From positions 676,443 through 740,442 of the forward strand of contig NW_015161425.1 in NCBI RefSeq assembly GCF_001447785.1: a stretch of DNA of 64,000 bases, read 5' to 3'. The DNA is from Gekko japonicus. Lineage: Eukaryota. Both the position numbers and the translations under genes were made by a program. Of this stretch, positions 1-11,364 are shown piece by piece (within the stretch, counting starts at the first letter, position 1; every line of letters starts with the position of its first letter). The notes below the pieces were generated by a model. That model saw nothing but the letters and a program-made list of their open reading frames with translations. It ran no database searches and was not told where the DNA came from.

Positions 1-117
1 TGGAACTAGAGATGGGAGCTCACCCCATCATGCGGCACCCAGGTCTTGAACTGCTGAACTACTGACCTTCCACAGCCTGCAGTTCAGCGTCATAACCACT
101 TGAGCCACCGCAGCTCC
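1..117 (-). mobile_element. Sauria SINE, 5' part (truncated by window edge)
   Basis: Reverse complement of the tRNA-derived head seen at 29591. Confidence 0.85.
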
Positions 118-515
118 TTCTTAGCTCCATTCCAATCTTAGCTGTGTTTATTGCTCAGTTACTTACACATCATGACTCTAATTAGCTCTTCCTGGCAACT
201 GTATGTAATATTTGAGGAAATCTGTTTCTATATGTTTGAAGAAATGAGCACCTACACATGCAGAGTCCCTGTGTTCTCGCATGTACCCAGGGTTGAGCTT
301 GGTTGGTCTTGGGGGTGTCGCTGGACTCAGGCTTCCTCCTCACATCTGTTTGTTAGCTCTTGCATTTGGGTGCTAATCTGCTGCCATTCATTGCTCTTGG
401 TGTCTTGATCCAATCTCAGCTTCACTCATGCATCTTAACTCTGACTGGTCCTTCCTGATGCTTCCACCCTCCCTCAATCTTCCTGTATGTAAGGCTTGAG
501 GAAATTTTGTTTCAA

Positions 516-645
516 TTTGTCTGAGGAAGTATGCTTGCACACGAAAGCTCACACCTTGAATAAAACTTTGTTGGTCTTAAAGGTGCCATTGGACTCAAAC
601 ATTTGTTCTGCTGCTTCAGGCCAACACAGCTACCCACCTGAATCT
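516..645 (+). mobile_element. Penelope-like element terminus with minimal hammerhead ribozyme motif (518-553)
   Basis: TGT-CTGAGGA-A-GTATGC TT GCACAC-GAAA-GC-TC-ACA followed by the tail ACTTTGTTGGTCTTAAAGGTGCC..GGACTC shared with 16553, 8511 and 26206. Confidence 0.75.
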
Positions 646-845
646 ATTCCTCCTTTACTCTCTGATGCTATCCCTTTGATGTGCAGATTGCTACTCTTAG
701 CAAAACTTCCTTCCTTCCTTCCAGTCTAACACCTTCTCTCCACACTATGCCAGTCTTCTCCATCTTGGCAGCGTGAGGGCAGAACATGCCTCCTGTATCT
801 CCATCCATCTCAGTTAGACTAGATTAGAAGCTTATCACTACTCTA

Positions 846-1597
846 TCTATATATCTAATTGCGAAGTTGCCCCCGGAGTGCGGATCGCTAAATCAGCGCT
901 CCGGGGGCAGCTGGGGGGCCGGGGGAGGTTTGTGCACTCTTGGGGCAGTCCCCAGGGGTGCACAAAAATCTAAAAACTTTTTTAAAAAATCGGGGGGATG
1001 TTTAAATCCCCCCGAAAGTGAAAGAGCGTTCGTGCGCATGCGCACGAACCCTCGTAGCTGGCCGCGCCGCCGCGGAGGGGGGGTAAGAGACCAGCTTTGG
1101 AGCGGGGGGTGGGGGTGGGGAGCAGCGAGGGGTGAGCGGCAAGCCGCTCGACCCTCGAAAAAAACGGTGGAGGGGGCGAGCGGGGAGGGTCGGGGCCACC
1201 ACCCTCCCCCTGAGGGAAAATGTCCCCGAGGTTGGTTCAAGAGGTCCCGGCCGAAGCCTGAGGGAGGGGGCCGAACCCTCTCTGCGGCAGAATAAGGCGT
1301 CCTCCCTCCACCAGAAGCCCCGAGCCCGGCCGCAGCTTCTCCCTCCTCACCTCCCCACAGTGTCGCCTTGCAGAATCCACCCCATTCCCCCCGCCTTGCC
1401 TCTGGATTGGAAATAATCTCTCCCCCCCCTTGCCATTTAATTGCTTTCGGGGGCGTCCTGCTGCCCCGCCTTCATCGTCCCTTTCTTGCCTCAGGGTGTG
1501 GGTGCGCTTCGGGGCGCGGGGGGGAAACAGCGGAGACTTACTCACCTACTCCTGCTGCTTCCTCCCCCCCCCGCGAGTATCGCGGGTCCACCCCTTG
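846..1597 (+). mobile_element. Non-autonomous Helitron-like element, CpG-rich
   Basis: A|TCTATATATCTAA 5' end; 3' hairpin CCCGCGA-GTA-TCGCGGG (1570-1586) 11 nt before CTTG|T; no TSD. Confidence 0.7.
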
Positions 1598-1829
1598 TCC
1601 TATCTAAAGTGGAGTTTGATATAATAAAGGACTCATATTAGTTTTACAAAGATAAAGAGGTTCCGTTCGTGTGTAACTTTCTTTCTAGATAGCAGACACG
1701 CCAACCTGAAGAGCTCTGCTACGCTTATGTGCCTTGAGCCCTCTGCTAACTAGATTGTCTGTGTACAACACTACCCACTACATCACACTGGTTCTCACTC
1801 CATATAATAACTGGGAGACTCTTCAGTGG

Positions 1830-3210
1830 GAGGACTGGCTTCCAGTGGAGTACCAAGTGAGGTTCAAGGTTTTGGTATTGACCTTTAAGGCCTCGAGTGG
1901 TCAGGGACCCACATATCTCCAAGCGTGCCTCCTCCAGTATGTCCCCTGAAGAGCCTTATGCATTGCAGAAAACAATCTACTCGTGATCCCCAGCTCAAAA
2001 GAAGTCCGACTGTCCTCGACCAGAGCCAGGGCTTTTTCTGCCCTGGCTCCTATCTGGTGGAACTCTCCGCTGAACATGCAGTTCCACAGGGCTGTTAGAG
2101 AATGAACTGGATATTTGCTTTATGAACTATATTTATTGCTACACACAATGGACTGTGCACACACACACACACAGGCTCAGAGAACTGTACATTTTAAGTC
2201 ACCTGTTGTGATGTAACACATAGAAGGTGCCTGCACAAGCCTTACACGTGTAAATAAGGCTTTAGCTACACAGTTACCAGCCTGGTGAAGAAGCACACAC
2301 CTCCATTATTGTGAGCAGTAAGAAACAACTTGAGCAGAGACAGCCCCCATTGCAGAAATAGTTGTAGTCACGTACGACACATCACTGCTTTGTTCCTGCA
2401 TTGGTATTTCCTGCCAAATGGACATTTGGTTCACAATGAGAATGGCCAGCTTCAACAACACTACAATGGAGCATCCTGACGCCAAGGTTTTCACACCTGC
2501 CCAGATGCCCTTCTTTGAGTAAGGTTTTAGATTACAATATTGGCAACTCCTTATAGGTAACCTCCCACTCCTATAGGCAACCAATAGGATTGTTTTGGGA
2601 CGGACTAACAGGTAGGTGGGTCAAGAGGTTGGCACAGCCACAGCCCATCTCTTGAACCCCCTATAAAAGGTAAGAACCATTCACCTGGCCCTTCCTAGCT
2701 AGCAACCCCCGCAACAACCCCTGTCTGCTTTTTACTCCTCTTGAGTCCCACTTGCTATCCCCAAACCCTTGCTTCTACTTTGATCTCTTGATCTGCAGTC
2801 AAGAGACCCACACGTTCTGGCTGGTTCTGGTCGTGTGTGAATTCCCTTTTAGTTTCCATTTCTTCCCATCCATTCTTCATTGGAACAACCAACTTGCAAG
2901 ACAGGTAAGTATTGCCCATCATCACCCCTACCTGCTAATGCAACTGTGCTTATTTTAATACTGTATTTCTAAGGAACTTGATTGATTGTGTGAGTGCATC
3001 AGTATGGTTTGTATGAGATTTATTCTTTAAGTAAAAGACATTTATTTTAACAACAACAGCCTCGAATCCTTCTCTGGTAACCCTTGGTGGGAACAGGGCC
3101 TTGGTATAGTTGGCAAGGACCCATTTATAAATTGCCAATTGCTGTAAATAAAGCAATTCGGCTAACAGGGCTTGCAAGACAGAGATATTCCGCCAGGCTT
3201 TTGGTCGAGG
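1830..3210 (+). mobile_element. L2-clade LINE 3' fragment, split by a solo LTR (parts 1830-2092 and 3168-3210)
   Basis: Encodes WLPVEYQVRFKVLVLTFKA..GQGPTYL, the L2-type ORF2 C-terminus; CAGTTCCACAGGGC|TTGCAAGACAGAG rejoins across the LTR and matches the 10540 copy. Confidence 0.75.
2093..3167 (+). mobile_element. Solo LTR (1075 bp)
   Basis: Termini TGTTAG...CTAACA (perfect inverted), 4-bp TSD GGGC (2089-2092, 3168-3171), CCAAT 2581, TATAAAA 2662, AGTAAA 3030 and AATAAA 3147. Confidence 0.88.
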
Positions 3211-4442
3211 ACAGCGATGGGTACCACCTTACCGGCACTCCCTCTGCCTCTTCTCCATCTCCTTGTGGGGCAGGGACAGGATTAGAATCTGATACAACAG
3301 AATGCCAGAGAACAGAAGACGCTGAATTTATAACCATTTTAACATGACGCGAAGGTCAGCAGACGAGAAAGCACAGAGCCTTCAAGATGTCTGATGCCCG
3401 CCACCACTACACCTGGCCCTGGGGGACTCACTGCCCCGATGCATAACACTGTGGAAATCTGAGGCCATCCACAATACACAGCTTCATCAGTGATGAAAAT
3501 ATGTTGGACTTTGAGAGTAGGCTACCTGGATCAGAGCTGCAGTGCCCAGGGCTTCCCCTCGTCCCCTTTCTCTTTGTCTCAGTTCGATGCTGAGGAGCTG
3601 CTGCTGCTGCTTCTCACAGTCAGAACTGACAGGGGGGGGGAAAGCTGAACATTCTCTCTGTGATTGAGCCAGTCAGGGCCCAGGCACATGGGAAACTTCA
3701 CCAGCGTGGCCGGCTTGGCCTCTGATCACGGGCGGCTCCTTCTGCTCTACCTGAACCAAGGAATGGAGATGTTTCTTTGAGATATTCCTCTTAATGGGCT
3801 TCAGGAAAGGGTTTTGTTGGGCTTGGGTGAGCTTCCTGCTTAGCTGGGGGGTGGGGGTGGGACAGAAAAGTCTGTGACCGATTCTGCAAAAGCAGGTGTT
3901 CTGCCCTTGGTCTGCCGCCCCCCCCCCCCCGTTGTATTTATTTACTTAATTTAAATTTATACCCTGCCCTCCCTGCTGAAGCAGGCTCAGGGCGGCTTAC
4001 AAAAGATAACATAAGAAAAGTTACGACACAGGTAAAACCATCTAAAAACAATTCCAAACATAAAGTACCAGCTGGCTGTAAACCAATGCATTAGGGATGG
4101 CGACAAGGGTCATTTTATTCATCCGTTCTTTATCATGTATATATGACTGGCACAGGCTGTAATGGTGTAGTCGGGTGCCTCTTTAATGATGATGATGTTT
4201 GGTGGTGATCCTATTTTGGGATCAGGAAGACGCGGGGGAAATCGGTGGTGGTGGGAGATGCAGGTCAAAACACGGCCACGCAACAAATGGCGGGGAAACT
4301 GAACAGTACAACTGGGGGGAAACAGCAGACCGAGGGTAGAACAACTGCTTTTGCGGAATCGGTCTGTGTGTGAGAATAAAACACTGTTTTGATGCTGGAC
4401 GGGACAGAGAGAGAGGCCGAGAGCCACCGCTGTGAGTTATCT

Positions 4443-4443
<1 letters not shown>

Positions 4444-4478
<35 letters not shown>
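4444..4478. repeat. (GT)n microsatellite followed by (CT)n
   Basis: Direct reading. Confidence 0.95.
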
Positions 4479-4481
<3 letters not shown>

Positions 4482-4576
4482 GAGCTGTCTCTCTCTCTCT
4501 CTCCTTCTGGGGTCTGACGTAGGGTAGTGGAGCTGCTGCCCTTGTGAGCGCCTCTTCGCCTCTATCTGTGCTGCAC

Positions 4577-4769
4577 AGGGTAGTCAGCCTCCAAGGGGGC
4601 TTGGAGATTCCCCACTGTTACAACTGATTCCCAGATAGTAGAGGATCAGCTCCCCTGGATAAAAATGGCTACTTCGTAGGGTGGTCCTTTCCCTCCCCAA
4701 AGCCCACTCTCCTCAGGCTGCACCCCCAAAAATCTCTAGGCATTTCCCAACTCAGAGCTGGTCACTCTA
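4577..4769 (-). mobile_element. ~210-bp hAT (Blackjack-like) MITE, decayed
   Basis: Reverse complement of the 5515/12046/18915 family. Confidence 0.7.
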
Positions 4770-5109
4770 GCCTGCACTTTTATATTTGCAACTCAATTAA
4801 TAAACGTCTCCAGTGCAGCCTCTGCTCCAAAGGGAACACACCTGGGGAAGCAACGCTGCTCCTGTGACTTCTCACCATTCAGAGGAGGGTGGGACATGCG
4901 TAACACTGCACAATGCAGCCACGCACACGTGAACCAGGCCTTGGGAAATGTTTATTCCTGTGGGAAGATGCTGCAGCAAAAAGTCACTACATGCTCCCTG
5001 CTCACCTCCTGTTCTTCCACCGCCAGAAGCTGCGGTGTAATCTACATAATCAAAGGCTGCAGTGGTGCAACCTGCACAAATTTCAATGTGATTCTGTGTG
5101 ACTCCTATG

Positions 5110-5175
5110 CAATGTTCCCTCTAAGCTGAGTTAGTGTGAGCTAGCTCACACTAACTCAGCTTAGAGGGAACACTG
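5110..5175. mobile_element. 66-bp palindromic hAT-type MITE
   Basis: Two 33-nt arms with one mismatch (5113-5172 perfect), no spacer, perfect 8-bp TSD CTCCTATG at 5102 and 5176. Confidence 0.92.
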
Positions 5176-5514
5176 CTCCTATGTAGGTGCCAATTAAAGG
5201 AGTGATGCCGATAATGTCAGTGCTTGACTATTTCTGCTCACGGCACTATTAACTTAACAGATACCATAGGGGCTAAGACCATCTTTGAACATCTGGGACA
5301 TCATGATATGATGGCAATGGTAGAACACCCTTATTTCTCCTACCAGGGCAGGGGGAGAACACCTGGGCATCAGCAGTGGGGAGGGAATGAAATCATCCTG
5401 CACTTCTTGTAATGTACCTATATAAACAAAGTTTCCCAAAACAGAGGATCACATAAAGTGAGAGACAGAAACGAAACTGTGAGTTTTGGACGGCTGTAGG
5501 CCCAGGTATGTCTG

Positions 5515-5726
5515 TTAAAGCTGCCAGCTCCAGCTTGGGAAATACCTAGAGGTTTTGGGGGTGGAGCCTGAGGGGGGGGAGGGACCTCAGTGGGGGTGTC
5601 ATGCCAGAGAGTCCACCTTCCAAAGTGGCCATTTTCTCCAGGGGAAGTGATCTCTGTCGCCTGAAGATCAGCTGTAATAGTGAGAGTCGATCTCCAGCCA
5701 CCACCCCCTGGAGGTTGGCAACCCTA
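5515..5726 (+). mobile_element. ~210-bp hAT (Blackjack-like) MITE
   Basis: GCCAGCTC...GGGAAATACC...GCCATTTTCTCCAGGGGAA...GGTTGGCAACCCTA. Confidence 0.8.
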
Positions 5727-5992
5727 ATTGCTACAAACATATACCAATTTACTAGCCATGGCAAAGAACCCTGAGAACTGAAATCAGTGAAAGCGCTGAA
5801 AAATTTGCATTAGTAGCCCATCTCTAAAAAACAAACTTTGAAGTTTTCAGGGTTCCCCAGGGCAAGAGAACAGTTATTAAACCGGTTTAAGTCTGGAATG
5901 CAGATATGATCAAACTGATGTAGGGAGATAAAGTCTGTCTAGGAGCCAGTTCAGGGGCAGTGCTGAGAGGCAGGAAGGAGGGAATCAGGCAG

Positions 5993-7017
5993 TAGGGTTG
6001 CCAGACCCCCAGGTGCTGATCAGCTGTGTTGTACACACATTTTATGAACCACTTTATACTCTGCCACTGACTAACAGGTTTGACTTGGTGGGTGCACTTA
6101 GCACTTCCATGGTGCATATGTTAAGTGCCTTTGATGATTCTAATCACAGTAACTGAAATCAATCATGAACATATATTCAGATATTCACTTTGGTTCATTG
6201 CTTAAATGATGCATTCTGGGTAAAATACTAAATAGCTGACAGGCAATCATAATGCAGTGACCTTGCTTGTTCTAGCCAATCGTAACTGCGCATGTCCCTG
6301 ATGTTAGTTTGCTTGCGTTAGATGAAGAACATACTACATGAGGTACCTATCACTGTTATATTAAGATACTTTTTGTTAACTTCACAGCCTGAAAAGAAGG
6401 CCTGTTGTTTAGATGTAGGAGGTATATTTTTGCCTGAGAAAATCCAGCCTACAGGTTTGAGCCCAATCAGAATGGTGTGACGGATATATGACAAAGTTTG
6501 ATGGAACCAATAATTGTGATTTATTTCTAGCTGTCATAGGGGGTATAAAACCCTATGTTTCCCATTGTAACCTTAGGGAGAGCTGTGGGATCCAAAACCT
6601 TATTGGATCTGCACCTCACTCCTTTGTTGATCAATAAAGTACAAGATCTGATTCTCCTCTAGAAGACTGCCGTGTGCTTTCTCAGATTGGGCTGGGGGAG
6701 CACAACCTTTGACGGAGTTTCTGTCTTACAGCTGGCCGGCAGCAGGACTCACCGGTAGAAAGAAGAAGGCCTAGGCCACAATGCCTGTGTCGCATAGGGA
6801 ATGATGTCACCACACCAATGACTTCCAGGTGACAGTCTGGTATTTGGGCAAAAACTCTATGCTAGAAGCTGGTTTTACTATAGAGTTTATGTCCAAATAC
6901 CAGAGCACCACCTGGAAGTTGCTGGCATGATGATGTCACTTTCTGTGTGACATGGACTGGGCCTTTCTCTTTCTCCTAGTAAGCTCCCCCCCTCCAATCC
7001 CCATCCTGGCAACCCTA
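5993..7017. mobile_element. hAT (Blackjack-like) non-autonomous element hosting a solo LTR
   Basis: TIR TAGGGTTGCCAG...CTGGCAACCCTA; 8-bp TSD TCAGGCAG/TCAAGCGG (6/8); internal hairpin 6821-6919. Confidence 0.75.
6027..6730 (+). mobile_element. Solo LTR (704 bp)
   Basis: TGT...ACA termini, 4-bp TSD GCTG (6023-6026, 6731-6734), TATAAAA 6544, AATAAA 6633. Confidence 0.85.
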
Positions 7018-8510
7018 TCAAGCGGTGTAAGAACAAGAGCGGCACACCACATTCAGTGACCAGAGCAGGTATGGGGAAGTGGAAGATTGATGCAGTTCAG
7101 AAGGGAAGAGAAATCCAGACATTACAGAAATGTTGGGAAAAGGGTTTTCAGGACTGACTCAAAGTTAGAAGGCAGTTTATGGAGCCATCCATATCAAAAG
7201 TGCGTCAAAAACAGCTGCTGCATCTTATTTGATCTTAACTTATAATTCAAGAGTGGCTCAGGTATTTCAAAACAGGGGAGTTATGAGCACCAAAAGTTAT
7301 GAATTGAAAAGTTCTATGCACCACAAAGATTTCAACACTCTGGAAATTAGGTCTGTAATCCATGTTAAAGTGAGGGGTTGAATTAAAGACTGTTTAAAAC
7401 AAATATTAAACCAAGCACCAGGTAGCTCATTTTCAGAGAATAAGAGAATTTTACTGTGATCTAATGGGAAACGATGTGTTACACACAAGCGTGTACAACC
7501 CACTTTCCCCACTAAAAAAACATGCATTTGGGGAAGGCCGGCAGATTTTTCACCTTGGGGAGGAGGGAGTTGAACCTCCTCTCTGGCCAGCAGTTTTCCA
7601 CTGCAAATGATACCAAACTTACTTCCCATTCCTGCAGAATTCGAGAAGCTTGTCTGGAAGACCAACTGGGTCTCTTTTGCATGACCTCATTTCCCCCTCA
7701 GCCAAGCCCCCGTAACAGAGATGAGCTAGGTGGGAGGAAAAGGTTCCAGCTAGCTAATGCATGTGATTGGGGCAAATTTGTATTTAAAGAGACCTACTTG
7801 CTGCCATGACAGTTATTTAAAACCCTGAGAAATCTGAGTGCTCTTGTATCCATTTGCCACGAGCATGTTGATCCAATGCTTTATTTTGGAGTTTAAATTT
7901 CAAGCTGGTCTCGGTGTAAAAACTTTGGATGGGATGCGATACCTGAAAAATGCACAGTTAACTCTGAATGCTCTGGATCAAGGGTGTGTGTCTGGGGAGG
8001 TGATGTCCAAATGGCAATTTCCTGTGTTTTAAGTTTGTCACAGTCAAGAGCAAGGGTATGCACTCATAGAAGGCTCTTATTCTAGATCTGTTCCCTGTAA
8101 GGAGATACTGAACGCTCTCCCTCCCTCAATGTGCTACTCACAGAGATCAGAAGTGGTACAGCTAAATCCTAAAGTGAAAGCCACCCCAAGGAAGGAGGAA
8201 CCCCCCCCCCCACCGCTGCTTGTAAATTTTGGTTACTAGGATTCTCTGTTATGTAGGATGGCAAAAACACCTGTCTGTCAATAGTGCCTTCTGCCAGGTA
8301 GCCATGTGTGTGTGTGTGACCATAAAAATAAAAATAGACACCAGCTTGGCCTATCAGTGGCATCTTCTGACAGTCATTTTTCCCCCTGTCAATGTTGCAC
8401 TTCCTATCAGAAACAGACCGTTGTCTGGACCCAAGGAATCACTGCCTCTGAACATATACAGAATGCCTTTGGGCTGTGTGACCTCAGTCCATCTGGCTAG
8501 ATATTTAAGG

Positions 8511-8582
8511 TCTGACTCACAAAAGCTTATTTCTGGAATAAACATTGTTAGTCTTTAAAGTGCCACTTGATTTTTGTTTCAC
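8511..8582 (+). mobile_element. Penelope-like terminus fragment
   Basis: TGACTCACAAAAGCTTAT...TTGTTAGTCTTTAAAGTGCCAC matches the 516 and 26206 elements. Confidence 0.6.
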
Positions 8583-10099
8583 TATAAGAAAAAGGATGTT
8601 TCAAGGTACAGCAGAGTACCACCTTTTGAACAGGGCCAACCATGGTATCCACGAGTTATCTCCTCATTCTCCCCTTGTTTTGGGGCCTGATGAAACCTTT
8701 AGCGAATTCAGAATGCCTTTGGGCTACAGCAGTGGTCAAGTAAGGACACCATTTTTTGGAGGAAATGAGGCAAAGGATTTCAGTTGCCATTGCGGTGTAG
8801 TGCCTAGAGTGACAGATTAGGATCTGGGCAGCACAGTCTCGGTTCCCTTCTCCGCCATGGAGGCCTGCTGGGTGGCCTGCCAATAACACACCTACCTCTC
8901 AGCCTAACGTGCCTCATAGGGTTGTTATGAGGAAAAATGGAGGAAATGAGACTGATGGAAGCCACTTTGGGTCCCCATTTGGGAGAAAGGCAAAGTAGAA
9001 ATGAAGTAAAATTTTAAAAAGTTGTTTCTACTGCTCAGCATGCTGTATTTTAAGTGAACACACTCAGCAGTGGTTACCTGTAAAAGCTGTATTATCTAGC
9101 AAGTGGCTGTTTTGGTTACCGTAACCAGACATTCCTCAAAGTCCATACAAGAATATCTTCCTTTGGGGGTTAAAACCTTGGAATTTATATAGTACCTGGA
9201 TGGGTCAGAGCGCTTCAGAATGCATCTACTGAAGACGAAGTTTCCACAGATGGAAAATTGGCCTAAAGCTACCTTATAAGTTTAAATCTTGTCTCACTAA
9301 TGAACTGACTACATCTCAGCTCTGGGCCATCACACTAGTCTTCTTTTGGGCATTCACTTACTCTATCCATTGCTTGTCTCCAGTCCAAATCCTTCCTTGG
9401 ATCCAGTTCCCTACTAGTAAACCAGGGACTGGTCTGGGGTGATTCAGAAGAGGTGAGCATTGACACACCCCAAAATGGGGGTGGGGGGTGGGGGGAATCA
9501 CTGCACACATAAAACTAGATGTCAAAGGAGAAGGATTCAATTTTCTAGCTCATGGGGTTGTCTTATGAAACCTATGGGAACTTTAATTCATTAATTCATG
9601 GTAGAGTTTCTCCCAGACTGACGGTTCCTCTTGACATAATTTTTACCAAAGTTCCTGTTAAAAAGACTGTTGGAGAAAAGCAACCATGACTTTAAAACCT
9701 TGTGGCTCTGGCCATCCACTTGTATGCTAAACGTGGCAAAATGCCATTTTAAAAAGCCATAAAGAAAGAGGCAGAAACTTAACCCCTGACTAGTTATATA
9801 ACCGGGGTGGGGGTACCCGTTTCCTTTCCTGCAGCTCTGCGAATGCTGCGTTTCACAGGAACCCAATGCACTACACCACCACCACCACCCCGCGCATCTG
9901 GTTAGAAACATTTTTTTTTAAATGCCGCTTGCACGCTCAAAGGAAACCTGGACACCGAAGTATACGCACCCCAGACAGACACCGTTGCATCTACACGCTA
10001 GTCTACTCCTGCATCGCCATTCATACATGCCTTGCTGCTGAGGGTTCAATTTATTTAGGCCAAAGGACCAAAACGGTGGCAGCAGGTGCCTCAACACCT

Positions 10100-10410
10100 C
10101 CCCCCCCCCCCCCGCCCCGAAAATCTTTAAGGGGCACCCCACCTGCAAGCCCGCAGAGCATCCGCAAAAGCTGCACCGTGCCGTGCTGCGCGACTGCACC
10201 AAGAGCCCAGCCCTCCCCTGCCTCAGCACCGTCGGCGCGACTCTTCGCTCCGCCGCAACGCGCAAGGTCCTTGGGCGCCGGACGCGAACTTGGGCGACGC
10301 GCGCCCCCTGCAGGCGTCTGACCGGCCGTCGACTGAGACGGAGCAGAGGCGCCCGAGACTGTGGCGCTAATTTGGGGCTAATTGACTTCCAGCGGAACAG
10401 CTGCGCCTAA
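10100..10410. promoter_or_regulatory. CpG island; candidate promoter/non-coding first exon of a downstream gene
   Basis: Dense CpG with no TIR/TSD or repeat signature; minus-strand donor GCAG|GTGGGG at 10143/10142. Confidence 0.55.
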
Positions 10411-10539
10411 TGCCTTTGGACTTCAAGACCTGGATTTGGGAGGAACTGGCGGATGACATGAAAACGGCTTTATCCCCTTGGCCGAAAGGGGTACGGGTTT
10501 TCAAATATTGGTTTTCTAGGCTTCATACATTTTTATGCA

Positions 10540-11060
10540 TTTATTTATTTGTTGGATTTTTATCCCGCCCTCCCCTGCACGGGAAGGCACAAGGCGGATC
10601 GCAACATATAAATCAACACATACTTAAAATACATATACAATACAGCTGAATTAAACTGAATCGGCATAAGTCCGGGGAGGGGGGCACCACCCATCCTGGA
10701 GCATATGCCTGGTGGAACAACTCTTTCTTACAGGCCCTGCAAAACCGTTTGAAGTCTCGCACGCAGGGCCCACCTCTCATTAGACAGAGGGTTCCACCAA
10801 GCCAGATGGCCTTCGGGCTGGGGATCATCAACAAGTTGTTACCGGCTGAGTGGAGTGCCCCTTGGAGGACATACCAGGAGAGGTGGACGCTCAGATACTC
10901 TACAGGGGACATACCAGAGGAGACGGTCCTAAGATATGTGGGTCCCTGACTGCTTAAGGCCTTAAAAGGTCATAACCTTGAACCTGATCCAGCATTCAAC
11001 TGGGAGCCAGTGCAGCTGGTGGGGCACCGGTTGTATATGTACTCTAATTGGCATCTAATC
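10540..11060 (-). mobile_element. L2-clade LINE 3' fragment
   Basis: Minus strand encodes LHWLPVECWIRFKV..FKAL..GPTYL-like sequence and ends in a GGGCGGGATAAAA...(TAAA)n tail. Confidence 0.75.
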
Positions 11061-11089
11061 AGTGTTAGGCTTGAACCTTTGCATTCAGA

Positions 11090-11364
11090 GAGAAGAGATT
11101 GGATTTATACCCCACTCTTCATTACCTGAAGGAGACTCAGAGCGGTTTACAATCCCTTTCCTTTCCCCTCCCCACAACAGACACCCTGTGAGGTAGGTGG
11201 GGCTGAGAGAGCTCTTTCAAGAACTGCTCCTGAGAGAACAGCTCTGAAAGAACTTGTAACTGACCCAAGGTCACACCAGCAGGAGCATGTGGAGGAGTGG
11301 GGAATCAAACCCAGTTCTCCCAGATTAGAGTCCACACTCCTAACCACTACACCAAACTGGCTCT
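11090..11364 (-). mobile_element. Squam3-like tRNA-derived SINE
   Basis: Minus strand AGAGCCAGTTTGGTGTAGTGGTTA...TTGATTCCCC head and GGATATAAATCCAATCTCTTCT-type tail; matches 47995 and 56706 copies. Confidence 0.85.

Noticed and set aside
867-1641. Overlapping Gly/Pro/Arg-rich ORFs
   Set aside because: By-product of a GC-rich repeat; no recognisable domain and no Rep/helicase motifs.
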